DNA of 64,000 bases from Balanoglossus misakiensis. Taxonomy: Eukaryota > Animalia > Hemichordata. The position numbers were made by a program, and so were the translations under genes. The notes beneath the pieces are model-generated. The model ran no database searches, was not told the origin of the DNA, and was given only the letters and a program-made list of their open reading frames with translations. The DNA lies in NCBI GenBank assembly GCA_040954595.2, contig CM082578.2, forward strand, positions 16,042,998 to 16,106,997, given 5' to 3'. Each line of letters opens with the position of its first letter. Position 1 is the first letter of the stretch. Positions 39,101 through 53,100 of the stretch are shown piece by piece.

Positions 39101-42100
39101 ACACCGACTGCGCGACAACGAGGCTCGTCTTGACAGCATGTAAACAGCAATCACGTGGTAACTGACTCCGCCACTTAATATCGAGGTCGCTGGACGTCTT
39201 TGCCGAAACAAAAACATTCTTTGGCTAAATCACTGAACAATGCAAGTCGGCAGTAGATGACTTTGTCGGCACGGTGTTCGGTAATTCTAGACAAACTGCA
39301 ACTCGGCCCCAGCCTTGAGAAAACTTTCCCCAAAGGAGAAGTAAAAATGATTATTCGTGAATCAGTAAAAAATAATCGACACGTAACACAATATCTGGAA
39401 ATATCTCTTCTTTAACTGAATTTTGTCATTTGTTATAATTAAGCTAAAACTGACTAGATAGTGTGAATATCATCCAGACAGTTTTATTGTATGCAGTGGA
39501 CTTAGGTAGTCAATTGTCACGTACATAGAACACCACTGACGACCAGCGCCGCTTACAGTTCGCCGAATTTTCTGAGTTGAAGAAACTGTAAGAATCAACT
39601 CCTGCTGTTACTCGTTACTTGCAACTGTATGTGGTTTCTCGTCATCGTTTAGTTTGTTTATAGTTATTCATTATCTAACCAGGCGACATCAGCGTCAGGT
39701 GCCAGCTATCCAACGCGCGTCTGTCCAATTAAAGTGATAGTGATTCAACTGCGTCACACCGTGTCCGCTGTCAATCACCTCCAGAAAACCGTGTCAAAGA
39801 ACAACCGTCTGCTGAACCCATAACAAACCACCATTCAAATCTAAGTTTACAGGCTCGACAAGGACCACTGCCCGTATTCATAGTCCTGTTAATTTCAAGT
39901 ACATTATACATGTACTCCTCTTTGTTCTTCACCGGATGCCTCGGAAAGGGAGGAGTGGTGGTGGTGGTGGGGGGGGGGGGGGATTGACAAAATGATTCCA
40001 TCGGATCTCCACTGCGGAGTTCAAACATATGCTCACATTTTTGTTTTCAATTAAACCATCTCCAACTAAACTCCCACGACAGAGAAACGTCTCATAGTCA
40101 GACAAAGGAAAGGAACACAGACGAACTTAAAGGAGAAAGGGGAGAAGAAGATGTGGAGAGAGTGGGGAGAGAGAGAGAACAGAATAGATGATGTTGCTGT
40201 AGATATTGAACATGATGCACGAAATCAAAACAGGTATTGAAGGACTGCTGGTCTTCAGGCAAATGATAATGTAAAGTCAGTAAACTGAACAAGCCCATTA
40301 AAAAAATTCCCAAGTGCATTTGAAACTTTTCCAAGTGAGTAAACTGTGCAACATATTTGCCCTGTCCTCGACCGCTGAATGTTTACCCGTTTCTTGGTCA
40401 AAGTGAACACTTGTCGTATGTTGTCGGCCTTGAACTAACACCGTTAAAAACAAATAAATTTGAGCTGGTCTTAATCGCTATTTATCGTTCCCACCTACTT
40501 AAATGTTAAATAGGCTGTGGCTTCCGTGACTAATAAACAGACAAAGGGCTGGAGAAGGCGACGATATCCTCCAGAACGCCATTGCGTCGATAGCACGCCA
40601 CCAACGGTTAGAGGGCACAGCTGTTGGAGGGCGAGTTCAGATTCCATTTTACAAAATACACGAGTAGTCAGAGTTCTCACCTGGTATATTACCTGGTGTC
40701 AGCGCGAAAAGGCGTCGTCCACCAACGGTGTTCACTGAAATTTGAAAGTCGTATCCAGAATGAAAGGCACTCCATACCCAATATGGTCAAGACGAAAACA
40801 CATTCTTTCTATCGGAAGATATCATTGAATGTTATTCCCACTGTCTCTAAATTACACCTTCTAGTAAAACAAGCTTTGTCGGTGTTGACATGGTCATCTC
40901 AGGCTCATTGTGACTTCAAGATGACATAAAGGCAAAGTCAAATTATAACAACCAATTGACAGCGCCCTCAGCAGACATCAGTACACCCGAAACACACCTT
41001 GTCACGGTTAACCGGGTGAAATGACACCAATAGTAGCCGTGAACTTGACAGTTGAAACGGCCAAAATTTTATAGCAAGAAAACTCAAGCAAGCGTATTAA
41101 ATGTGAATCAGGCCGCGCCCACTCTAAGTAATAATAAGTTGAACGAATGATAAATTGTTTGCTGAAATACACGTCGTTTACTTGTTCATCGTTAGTCTCC
41201 GGATTGCCAGATAGCTTCACAAGTGAACGCGTATATCAGGAGACGTTAAAAAGAGGATTATCTTTTTTTCTGCATCATCAATTTTAAAGCTCTCGTGTCT
41301 TTAGCGACGCCTGTTCTTTTCACAGTGGTGTTGATGCCACGGCCTCAGTGGTGAAATGAAAAACGGCCAAGTGCCATTCCACCATTGTGAACTTGGCTCT
41401 GTGATAATGGCCATTGTTAATTTCGATTTTTTAGGATGTCGTTGTTGCGGGTTTTAGCGTCCCATTCTTCTTTTTTGAACGTCCTCACTTTGTTTGCAGA
41501 GTCATTGTAATGGCGGAGGTTGTCTTCGGATTACAAGGTCAGTCAGTTCACCGTTATGCCAAGATACTTTCAAGGCCACCCCATCGCCACGCAGTTTTTT
41601 TCCATTTATTTACATCATATTTGTATCGGCAAAATAATAACAAATGTGCGTCAACAGACCAGTATAAAATCATAAGGGTGTTTCCTGTGTTTACGCGGAT
41701 TTGGACTTAACGGTCACTGCTAACCGACCATGACGTCAGTAATAAATGACACATTAAGAAATGACATATTTAAAGCGTTTTCACCTGCAACGGACGTCAT
41801 GGCGAGACTGGTCAGCACATGATGACACGGTTGATCTATTCAATACCTGACGGTACTCGTCACCATGGAAACGCTTTTGTTCTGTCAAAATGGCCAGTGA
41901 CGGCCAAGTCCAAGCTAATGATATTCCGCTATTGTAGTTTTGGAATCTTTTTATGACAGAGTGCATCATTGCATTCCTTGTCTGTGATCAAGGCCAGGTC
42001 GGCCAGAAGGGACCTCACGTTAAAGTCTATCAGTGTGGGTGAAGTATAAAGAAGGCTTTCGTTCAAGTTGCCGTTAATCCGAGGAATGTTTGACTGGAAT

Positions 42101-45100
42101 CAGTTCTGTTTGCCTTGTCTAGGTCGTGTATATTTTAACACAGACTAGAAGTCGCACTGTTGGCAATAGGGACGGCCTTTGAAGTAGTATTTGCCTCCAG
42201 TAAAATTGACCATTTATCAGGATTTGACCCCGCCCACTTGCCGCGGACCTTCAAGTGTTCTATACCTGTAAACAACAGCGTGGTCTCTACGGCAAGCCTG
42301 AATTAAATCAGGGTGGACAAGTCGGGTGAATGTCTTGACGTTTGTCACCTGGAATGCGACCCTTCCCCCGACGACACTTTCGTAAATCCTGACCCCTCCC
42401 CAGTCATTGTTTGCATAACCTCAGGGATTCCTCGGTAAACTTGGGTAGGCAGAAATGAAAATAAAACCCACCACTAAGTAAAACCAAAGTTTTGAGTATC
42501 TTGGGGTTTTCATGAAATTGAAAGTGGTTTCTCTTTTATTCCTTGGCGTACAAAATATGTATAGAAAGATGGGATTAGGAGGAAACTTCTCTGTAACATT
42601 GGGTTGTTTTTGTCTTCAAGACATGCGTTTGCGTGTTGGGATACCACAGGGAAAATTTAGTTGATTGATACACAAAATACTTCAGCATAGGGGAAGCTTT
42701 TGAAGAAAGGTGTTGAAATCTAAAGAAAAGTCGACCAGTAATAAATAATTTGGTCGATATGATCTTGTCTGATCTGCGTTCTGTCGCGTGTCTGTATATG
42801 TTTGTACCGCTTAATACTGAAATAAAATAATATAAATTTGATAAACTTGATATAATGGCAAATGCTGAGACTTCAGTCTTTCAACGTAAAAAAGGAAGAC
42901 ATCAGAGAAAATATTAAAGTATTCCCGAAAAGAAGAAATTGGTTCATTTAACATCAATATTGCATTTTAAAAGAAACAATCCGTTTTCGGTAACGAATGG
43001 CAGTGTTCAATTTCGCGCCATCGAACTTCTTAAAATGATAATCAGATATACATCCTATTTAAATGTCATGCTACTAGTCGTGATAAATCGATAGGGGGCG
43101 TGCTCCTACGCAAGTAATTATTGGAGAGCGGCTAAATAGCATTGTAAGGGGGCTGATGTGACAAAGACAATTTCGTATCCCACTCCTTAACTATGTCTAA
43201 ATTCATTGAATAAGACACGGGCAACAGCGGACGATCACTTGCCTTGTTATTGACGGTATATATCGATGCAGTTTATTCCGGCTTTAAGCTTATCGTCGAT
43301 CGATCGAGTAGACTCGCTACGCTTCGAAGGTGCGACGCACGGCGGCTAGGGATTCATTTGCAGTGCCAAGTTCTTATGTGTGGTAGGTAAACACACGTAC
43401 TTGTTAGAGGTCTTGTTTGGTATGTTGTCATGATCCGACACGCACTGTTCACCCTGTATGCTTGTTCCATGCATGTGCGTGTGTAACGTATACAATTTGG
43501 TAGCTAAGTAATCAGGAACGTGTAACATTGCGTTGGTCTGTCTGTCTGTCTGGTCTGCAAAAGTTTAATAATACAGATTTGATCTATCCGCTCGCCGATT
43601 ATGATGCCTGCCTCAAACTCTGTAACCAGGCGCATTGAAATGCGGACTGTGTACATGTGCTGTGTGCGAAACAACCTGTTGCTTGATCAAACACAAGGGG
43701 CTTGTATCAAACAGTCTTGAATTACAATCTTGGGTTCAAATACCCCACAGGCTACTCTAATAATCGCTGTCAGATATTATACAGAAGGGGTCGTCTGCTT
43801 GTGCCTTGTCTTATCTCGTGTGGTATGACCGTTGTTGTTTAGCGCCGTATCGCACCGTTACTATGCAATGCTCAAGATCCAGTGCTGACTATCTGAGTGT
43901 TGATAATTTACTGACAGGCGGCCTGTCCGTCTACCTCTGTGTTTCAGACCTCCAGTGGACGTTCGTTTGGACCAGGAGGTGACCATGGCTCTCCATTTGT
44001 ACGAGCGTGTGGTGAACTTGATTTCCAAAGAACCCGAAGAACGCAAAGTTAGTGACATTGAATCGCTCCTCCCATGGTTTTTGAACAAGAGCAACCTATT
44101 GAAGTCCTTACAGAAAGGTAGGTGACAGTTAGTATAGAGTCGTTTTCTTCGTCGCCATGGCAGCGCCCGCCGTGTTTGCGACATCTTAAACTTCAAGTGT
44201 AGTCCGAAGTTCAGGGCATTTTATGTACAAGCCGTCGCAAAGTCAGTTTATTATGATGAGAGATAACAGACTTGTATGTGTGTCAACGGGGGACCCGACA
44301 TAAAGTGACATGACATGTCACTAGAGAGACGACAAAAGAACAAATCGACTACCGTACAGAAAGTGCAGTTTTTGCCGGGCGGCAATAAATAGCCTTAGAA
44401 CGGTTAGCACTGTGAGGCCTGTACGAAGCGTTATCGAACCCAGGCCTCGCGCCACTGTTAGGGCCATGCTCGACTCGACGTGTTATCGAACTCAGACCTT
44501 GCACCATTGAGGATATCCATAAAGTGACCCATCACAACCCAACAACAAAACAACCTTAGATTTAATTCTGTCTATGAACACGACAAATACAATATGGCTT
44601 TACGACGATTGCCAAACTACAAGCGATCATCCCCTGAAAACCAAAACCACGATTGTCAGGAAAGTAGTAGGGGAAATGACAGAATCTAGTTTTCTACAGC
44701 TGGTACCCATGAAATACTTTACTGGCCCAGACAGCGTTCTGTATCAATTATATCTATCATGAGTGTCGGAATGATAATAACCGACATTACATGCCCATAA
44801 CAATTCGTTAAAATACCAATTTCGTTTGTCTGAATAGCGACAATTCCCTGCGTTCTTAGGGAGATTACAATAAATACAAAATACCTTCCTAAGACATGCA
44901 CCGAGGCTTGCACATGTAAGCCTAATCCATGTCACCACTGATTCGTCCTTTCAAATGAATCTTTAAGTATAATCCCTTCCTAGTGGCCGACGAAAGGGCA
45001 GTCTCCTGGAAGCCAAAACGACCGACTGTCGATAGCGACGATTCACTCCCTCGCTGACAAAGGCAACTGTAGATTTGTGCTTTGAACGTCTTTCTTCAAT

Positions 45101-48100
45101 GATGGAATACAGTGTGCACTGCCTACTTGCTTCGACGTCGCTTTCACGACCTTATCCGCTGGTAAATAACGTTGGCTTTGGAAACGGCGTCCCTAAAATG
45201 CTCATTTCAGAAAACAAGAAGACAAAATTGAACAGAAATAGTCCGATGGATGTAGAGGCCCTTGGATTTTTAGAAATCATATCAACGAAGAATAACATCA
45301 CATGATCACACCCTTATCAGATTTGGGCATCTTTTATCTCGGGATATAATATAGATATTAAATCGTCAACTTGTTTGCATACACACACGCCTGATACCTG
45401 CGATAGTTGTGATATTTTCAGTTAGCTACTGTCTGTCGTTCATAGGTCAACTTTAAAGACAAGTCGCATTACATACTCATGTACATGTATATGAGTTTCT
45501 TTTTGTTTACTTTGTTCGGTGGCATGTAACGGACCGCTTAATCTTGTCTTGGACTGATCCAAATGAGTAAACCTGATTTGGAACTGGTGGGTTACGTAAG
45601 GTTGGTTGCTTCACATAGCGGTAACTTCACCTCAAGTCACTCAGTCTGTCACCGCGTTCTGTCCGTTGGCAACGTCGTCGCCGGCGACGTCATTTGACGG
45701 TGGGTCATATTGTTGCGGTGGCGGATCGGAGTGACCGGGTCGACGAAGGTAGCCCTTCAAACACGTCATTAACCATGCACAAGAAGGCTTCACTTTAGTG
45801 TCGATATGCAAATAAACGGCAATTCAACAGGTGGTTTCTGTTTTCTAATTAGCGTTGCGGAGAAACGGGACAACTGTACGCTGCTTGGCTAAGATTGTAG
45901 TAACCATTGAACAGTCACAAAGGGAAACGGCGAAACATTGGACTGTGTTTTTTTATCACGTTAGATTATCTGGCCACTCGTATTCATCCCAACTATTGAA
46001 ATTTACCGTTCGTTTAGAGCATGGACGTACCAGAAAGGGATCTAAGTTTGTTTACAGTTTCTTCAGCCAAACAAACGAGGGCTGACGGCGGCGCTCGATT
46101 GCCCGGGTCGCCAGTAAAATGAAAAACCGTTGCCATAATGATCCCAATGTAAAATACTAAAATGTTGTAATATTATTCAATGAGAATCTCAGGTTGAGGC
46201 GTAGACATTTCAAAGAAAATTAATGGCTGCTACTTACTGAGGTTTGTCTTGATCTCAAGACATCTTTCAAAAGATATACATTTCTCATTTGACAGGTGAT
46301 AGGCGAGAACCTGAACAATTTTTAGTCCATTTTACATTTCCCCAATTTGAAAAAATGTGTACAGTCTTTCCGTGATGAAGGGTCTGAACATACTGTTACA
46401 AAGATGAGAGCGAATGCATCGTCACTTTGGAAAACATTTGATTTCATGATGCGCTCCAATGACTTATATGGTGCAGTGAGTTCATATGTTGCACAATGCA
46501 CCATGTCCATCGGCGTTTGCACGTTGTCATCATGGACGCGGCCATATTTGAGTGTGGCCCCAGCAATTGCATCTGCATGAACTAATGCAGTTTGCAAGCA
46601 AAGCGACGAAAAGGACACCAAATTTCACAGCTAGCTTCAGGCATAACAATCAGCTGCTAACCGGTTTGATCAAAGTTTAGCGTTAACAACGGCCGTCGCT
46701 GAGTGTTTGCGGTGCATATTATCGTGTATACATAAAAGAAATGTATATGTATGCTTGGCCAATAGCCTGAGTGAGTGTTTGGTGGTCTGGGTCAGGGTAG
46801 TGAGGCAGCTCCATCAAAAGGCATGCTAGAGACGCTTGTCTATGTTGAAGAATCAATGGAAAAGTGAATAAAGTAAATTGCTCACATTTGAATAGGTAGT
46901 GGTAGCGCGAATTATATTGGAAAATGTCAAGGCACTAATAAAACTGTGTTCGCGGCATTTTTGACTCTACACTTAATTTTGAATTTGTATCCTCATTGAA
47001 AGAAAACTAGATTTATAAAGCCAGAAACATTGGCAAGTATATTTGAAGCACAGTGCCCCACTTAATGTATCCATGAACACAAGTAATTGAAGCCCTTTCA
47101 GCGAGAACAATCCGTTCCTTCGGGGCTTTTCCTTTCTGTTACAACTCTGGCACATTGAAACCGAGCAGTAGGCATAGAACTCGCCAAACACGCACACACG
47201 CTCTACCATTACTCGTGATTAGATTTTTAAAGAGCAAATTTAATAACTATCCAATTAAGGTGGGCCGCAGTTTCCAGCGATGGATTGCACTAATTTTCTT
47301 GTGATAATATATTGTTGTCATGCCAACCCGAGAACGCCAATAACAAGACTTGGAATTTGATGTAGAAAAAAAGGGAAGCATCAGCCTGATGATCCATCTT
47401 GATATGTTATCGTTTGTATTTGTAGAAACTGAATTGTAGAGTAATCGCGTCGAGTTTTTCTCGGTAGGTGTCGAGTGACAGAACGTTGACTTTCATTACT
47501 TACACACTTGCTTAATTGTTTAACTGTTGACAGCATTCAAATAAATACTGAGAGATAATGAGAAATGTCAAGGTAGCACAGACAATTATGGCGTACATTA
47601 TTTGGATCAACTCCGGATTGACTGAGAAGCACATGAACAATAACAGGGAATAAAGTCAAGGAGAAAATGACTAGCAATTCGTTTCACCTTATATTTTATT
47701 TACCGAGCGGCGACGCCGGTACGGTAGAGCAGGGTTGGATTGTTGAATTTGCGTCTGTAGTCGACAGTGACTGAAAGCAGGCAAATTTGCTCGGAGAAAA
47801 TCATGATGGATGATTTTTCACCAGTCCTATGTGTACACAGTATTTCTCAAATTTTGTTCATATCTCTCGCATTCACGGTACATTTCTCACGTATGGTTTC
47901 AATATTGATTTTCTGCGCACGTCAAAAATTGCTCTGAATTCCGAAATTTCGTAGATTCAATAGCAGACGCGTCAACGTCGTGTGAGCCTCGTAGGCTTCT
48001 GTGTAAATAAATAACATTTACATTGCGCATGTTGCGAAGCGAAGCGAAGCGCAGAGCTGAAGTCAACACACAACGCTATTTCTGGACGTGTTTAGGACAC

Positions 48101-50145
48101 CAGGGTAAAACTCAGCCACAGACTTTTAGTTCGAACTGACTTCGTGTTTTCCCCCTTTTTCAGATGACGTGTTTATGTATTTTGGGTCAATTTAGCTGGT
48201 TAGGCTTCGGTAGTTTTTCTTGATGTTCCCCATATCCTAGTCACCTATATTTCATTCATTCGTCGTCTCCCCAGGGAAAATTCGCACAAAAGCCTAAAAG
48301 CTAACCATATGAAATTGGTGAGCAACTAAAGAATACTTGACGAGTTTTATTGAACGGAAATAATCAAAAGCGCATTAAAGTTTAATGAAAAACTTAAAAT
48401 GAAATATACACATGCGAAATTGAAGTAATGATTATTAAGTGTACATAGTCAAGGTGATAAAATGGTGTTATCGATCCATTAAATACTTTTTGACATTTTA
48501 AAATAAAATGTCACTCATTATTTTCGTGGTAGGGATTGCGGCGTCGCAGATCTGTTCAGCATTATTGTTGAATAAAAACCCATTACATAGCAAACAAGTT
48601 AAATTGATGTAATCTCTTTTTAACAATTTTACATGCAACCAAGCAGTGTGTACCTTGCCTACTTCTAGCCAGTGCATTGGACGTCAACAATCGCCGTGGT
48701 CAAATAGCATGCTTTAATCAAGGAAAATATTTGCCCTTAGAAACATGTCGCTTAATCAGTGATATGAATCATAAAATACAATGGCTGTCGCAGTTTATTT
48801 AAGAATTTTCTGGGAGAAGGAGTCTAGTTCTACGTACTCTTGTTCAGTTTGTCTCCACTCAAAAATGGAGACCAACATGGAATAAGAATGCATTGGCCAG
48901 GTGCTCAAAGTACTAAGTACTATCGATTGGTTTTGATTATTGTAATCCCAGGTTATTTCAAAGTTGCCCTCGGCATTCCTTCTGGCGTACTTCAGTCGAC
49001 CTCGATTTAATGCAAGCAGACGCGATATAAGATGCATTGATGGACCAAGAGTACACAGTGTGCTGCTTCATTTTCTGTAACTGAGTCTTCTTTCAAGAAA
49101 GCAACCCTCGTGATCATTTGTGCTCCGCACATGTGCAGTGCTCCTCGACTCTTTTGCATGATGGGCAGTATGTAAATACACAACGCACAAGGCGTGATTT
49201 CTTCAAACATTGTGTTTTGAAGTGAAAGGATAACAGATTAACACCCCAGCAATAAAATCGCAGGCGTTTGTAATAACCATGTCCGAGCGAGGCTATCTTT
49301 TGTTTGTTCAAAGCAAACTCGAAATTAATGACTTTTTATTTTTTTGGACAAAAACTCTTTTGATCGTCGCATAGGTTTTATTAGAGTTTGATGACTTCCC
49401 GTAATCATTTGCCGTCTGATATTTGTTATAAGATATGAGTCTCTCTATGTTATGTAATATCTGATTTAGCGCTTGAAACAACTGATTAAGGCATTATTTA
49501 TCACGTTCTAATTTCCAAGGCAAATATCATTAAATTAAATGGGAATTAGTGTACAACGCTTTCGCTGTCAATAATGACGTATGTTTACCTTAATAATCGA
49601 GTATATGATAATTTGTTAATTATAAATAAAATAATTCCCGTATTTGGTTGATATGACCCCTTGACGTTGAGGTGACGACGATAACAAACTTGATCCGTGT
49701 CCAAGGCATCCAGTTATACCCCGTCACTTCCGTCGTACTTGTTTTTTTATTTCTTTTCAAAATCTCTGCCTGAACTTTGAACCGCAACCCCCCTTCAAGC
49801 GACCACCTAGCAACGCAGCAACAACGTCTGACGCGGGTCACCGACTTGGAGGGAAAACATGCGACAGAAAGTCGTCGTCTGACCCTGAACCAATACACAT
49901 GTAGTCTGTCCGATTGATTTGTGACCGGTTTGTGTAGAAATAACACGGCAGCTACGCCAGGAGAATGCAAAGTAGAAACCAGTAGGCTAAAAGCACAGTA
50001 TCCGGCTAGTCGTGGCTATACCCACAAGGTTTAGAACCGGACACTGTTGCCATTTTCCTGAAAAAAGAGAGATTAATTTACCGAAATGTAGAAATGCAAG
50101 TAACAGTATCGACGACCCTCGCCAGAGGTGAATGATTCGCGCCAT
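30668..50145 (-). CDS. NTN4: Netrin-4 (beta-netrin) orthologue, ~630 aa: signal peptide, laminin-beta-type LN, three LE, partial LE, NTR/C345C
   Basis: Minus-strand exons 50145-50082, 40734-40693, 38410-38248, 37400-37061, 33816-33532, 33441-33315, 33013-32825, 32627-32316, 32195-32130, 30972-30668 (1893 nt, all phases consistent). NTN4-like motifs: [17 protein letters not shown]...[66 protein letters not shown]...[19 protein letters not shown]. Exons 1-2 ([21 protein letters not shown] + [14 protein letters not shown]) are inferred from signal-peptide character, Kozak context and phase, and are less certain than exons 3-10. Confidence 0.9.
31361..31625 (+). CDS. Orphan candidate coding exon (88 codons) nested antisense in the last NTN4 intron; product unknown
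   Basis: AATATGG start, open frame [20 protein letters not shown]...GESGYHT, coding-like GC content relative to flanks, ending at donor CAG|GTAACG. Confidence 0.35.
33117..33166. repeat. (GTCT)n microsatellite
   Basis: About 12 near-perfect units in an NTN4 intron. Confidence 0.9.
37600..37985. mobile_element. ~386-bp PIF/Harbinger (Tourist-type) MITE in NTN4 intron 3
   Basis: TAA on both sides (37597-37599 and 37986-37988). Left end GGGATGAACCATTTAATATTCTGAGGGGGGTCTGAAAGA resembles the reverse complement of the right end GGGGTGGATCATTTGATTTTGTTAGGGGGGGCCTGGAAGA. Confidence 0.65.
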
Positions 50146-53100
50146 TGTCAAACTCACAAAGCCACGAAGAGTATATCTCTGTCCGCACTTTGCGTGAATC
50201 ATTGAAAAAGCTCCTCTGGGTAAATTAAAAACCCAAATCTCGGTCCCCCTCAATCACGGGCCCATCGTTCTTTTTGTGTGATATTTTGCGGATCATCAAA
50301 AACCAAACACAGAAGGCAGCATTAAAATATTTGTCTGTTCAGAAAGCAGATCCATAGCGACCGACACTTCATTCACCCCACTGTTCCACTTCGTGGTCCG
50401 ATTCACAATTCCTGTGCAGTGTCCCTCGGGGACAGTTGTCGACGCTGGTGGACCGATTCAACGTTGTACAATTGGAAAGGTGACAAGACCATTCCATTCA
50501 CGATCCATTCATGTATACTTAACACCTTCATAAAACGCGCTTGATGCGTAGTCTACTACGTCAAAATATCCGGAGTTCACGGTTTTTATTCAGAAGTTCA
50601 AATTTTATAAAACACGCCACACCCTTCTACCTACGAAGATACCTTCCCCCTTAATGCGGGTCATTCACGATTTTAGTAGATTTTGGTCAAACCTTTCCAT
50701 TCTCATTTCAAGAATGGTTATTAGACATTCAAAGTGCAAAAGTGTGGCGCAGCCGAGGAACGTGGGCAGCGGTGGCCAGATTATTGTCTTCGCACAAATA
50801 CCGAGGCCAGTTGAGTCAGCCAATAGAATAAATAACGTGTGATTCGGCTCAATTGCCCGGTCACACGTATAGATTAATGATAAATGTTATTGAAATTAAA
50901 GATCGATTTGTTGTCAGTTGTCGATATTAGAAGGATTTGCTTATCAAAACGAACTTTGGCTGCCACTGGTAGTCGTACCACGGACTTTTCATGCCGTATA
51001 AAAATAAGCTGGTAGACGTGGTAAAATAGACATCCTAAGTTTTGCGGAGACTTTGGTTTGGGGAAGACTTTTAATAAATTGGCGTGCAGGTATACTTCAT
51101 TGACATTCATACATGTTAGGATCTTGATTTTGATTCCAGAGATTCCACTGGTCTCAGTCTGTGTACGTTAGAGGAAAATGGCCGGTAAAACGAGGAAATT
51201 GCAATACAATATGAATGTCCCGAAGCAGCAGTGATATTCACGAAACACGGTAGCATAGTAGAACCCAAAGAATCGATATTAATGTTTACCTCATCACTGC
51301 ATTAAAATGCGGTATATTTACTTTACGTCTGTACTTGTAAAATTTCAAATTATGTGCATTATTTCTTTATAAGTGTCTTAGATTCGATACAATAATAGTT
51401 TTTTTTCTTACAAAGAAAGCAGTGTAATCAGTAAACGACGGCATGTCAACGTGCGACACATTTACTTGAGTGAGCATGCGAACTGAAAAAATGTCCGCGA
51501 AAATAGACGATATTTTTATGCAAATCATAAAATTTTAAAAGCAAGTAGACATAAGTGCTGCGTTGGTGAAGTGAGTTTCTTCTGGAAGGTCTTTAACATG
51601 ACGAGGAGACGAGTCGGTATTTTGTGAGTGAGACATAAGCTATTCACCCGAAGCCAATGGAGATATTTTCTATTTACACCACACTCAACATTGAAAGCAG
51701 AGATTAAGATCGATTTTAAAGTAGCGAATAGAGCTCATTGTACCGGTGTATGAGTCATTTTTCAGCAACTGTGGTGTTGCCTAGCAACCCATTCGCACGT
51801 GTTTATAACAAATCCAATTTGAAATCTTATTCAAAGAAATGAAATAACCTTTTATTCAAAGAAATGAATAACCTCTCCATGGTTTATATAACTCCGATTT
51901 ACGTTTGTATTCTAGTTCAATTAGTCTGGTTAACTGGCTCATCGATTTTGAAAACGATTTATAAAAAAAAACATGTTGCTTGTAGGAAAAGAATTGTTTT
52001 AACATTGAGTTGCAATGGTGTTCGGCCAGTTTTCACATTCATGTAACAACCACTGACAAACCCACCCCAGGGTGATCTCAACACGACAGAAAGCTACGAC
52101 TGCATCTTATCAGCGTTTCCATAGCGACATTCTAAAGTACGACCAGCGATAACGACTGGATATTACTCAAATTACTACATTAAAACAGGTAATAGAATTG
52201 TAATGTTCAGGCCCCAAACCAATTTAACCTATCATTAGGTTTAATGATTTAATGGAAGTTTTCCTTATCGACGAAGACCAGGTGATTATCCAAGAAAAGC
52301 TCTGGGAGTGAATAAATCCCAGTTAATACGACTTCATGTCAAACATTTCAAAGTAAAACAAGATAATGTTGCTTTTCCCCTCAGCTTAGTGTCAGCGATA
52401 AGTTGTGATGGAAGGGAGAACATCGAGAGAACAGATAGGCAGATTCATTAAATGTACACTCATACGAGAGCAGGATACAAGTGGCAGGAAGACACTTTCT
52501 TGACATTTTATCGTCAAGGGGGTTGTGCAGTTTCAAAGTGTTTCTCATATTTGCAGACATATACATGTGCATGTAGTTGCATTCATAGCCTTTGGCATGT
52601 TATGATAAGACATTACTTTGTATGACAATGGAAAACTTGGAACTATATGTTCAGGCCAGTATTATTTGCGTTGTTTTCAAAAAGACGTGCAATCGATCGA
52701 TCGATCGGATAGGTTTAGATACGGCTGTACCAAGGAGTATCTCCTGATGAAATTTTAAACAATGGTTGTAAAGTACTCCAGTTGTAGATAACAGAACTGC
52801 TTTGCATTCTGTCCCTGAAAGGTACCATGTGGAGAGTAGAGACGACTCTGGTCATTGTTTCAAGATTCGTAAAAGTTGACGTGAAAGAATGGTGTATACG
52901 TTTGTGTGTCAGGTACTGGCTTAAACGACTGGTACCGATCCGTACTTGAGCGACATTTAGACTGTACCGACATTTTTCAATCTGTCACATTTATCAGCAT
53001 AATAACGCCACATTGCCAAACCAGCAAAGTACCCCATTTCTGTAATTTGTGGCGTTACTGTTGACATATGTGTGTTTTCTCCTTGCTATTCTAGATGTCG

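Noticed and set aside
41500-41537. 38-nt + strand exon-like segment that could extend the CNBD frame 5' ([12 protein letters not shown], phase-2 donor)
   Set aside because: No phase-0 upstream partner found and its own ATG is out of frame; may be a UTR exon but cannot be supported as CDS.
44430-44512. Two diverged copies of GTTATCGAAC(C/T)CAG spaced ~52 bp, considered as CRISPR-like or tRNA B-box
   Set aside because: Only two copies, eukaryotic context, imperfect B-box and no cloverleaf; a local duplication.
46322-49311. Short ORFs in the NTN4/CNBD shared intron (46322-46621, 48795-49037 and others)
   Set aside because: No recognisable domains and no phase-compatible splice sites linking them to either gene.
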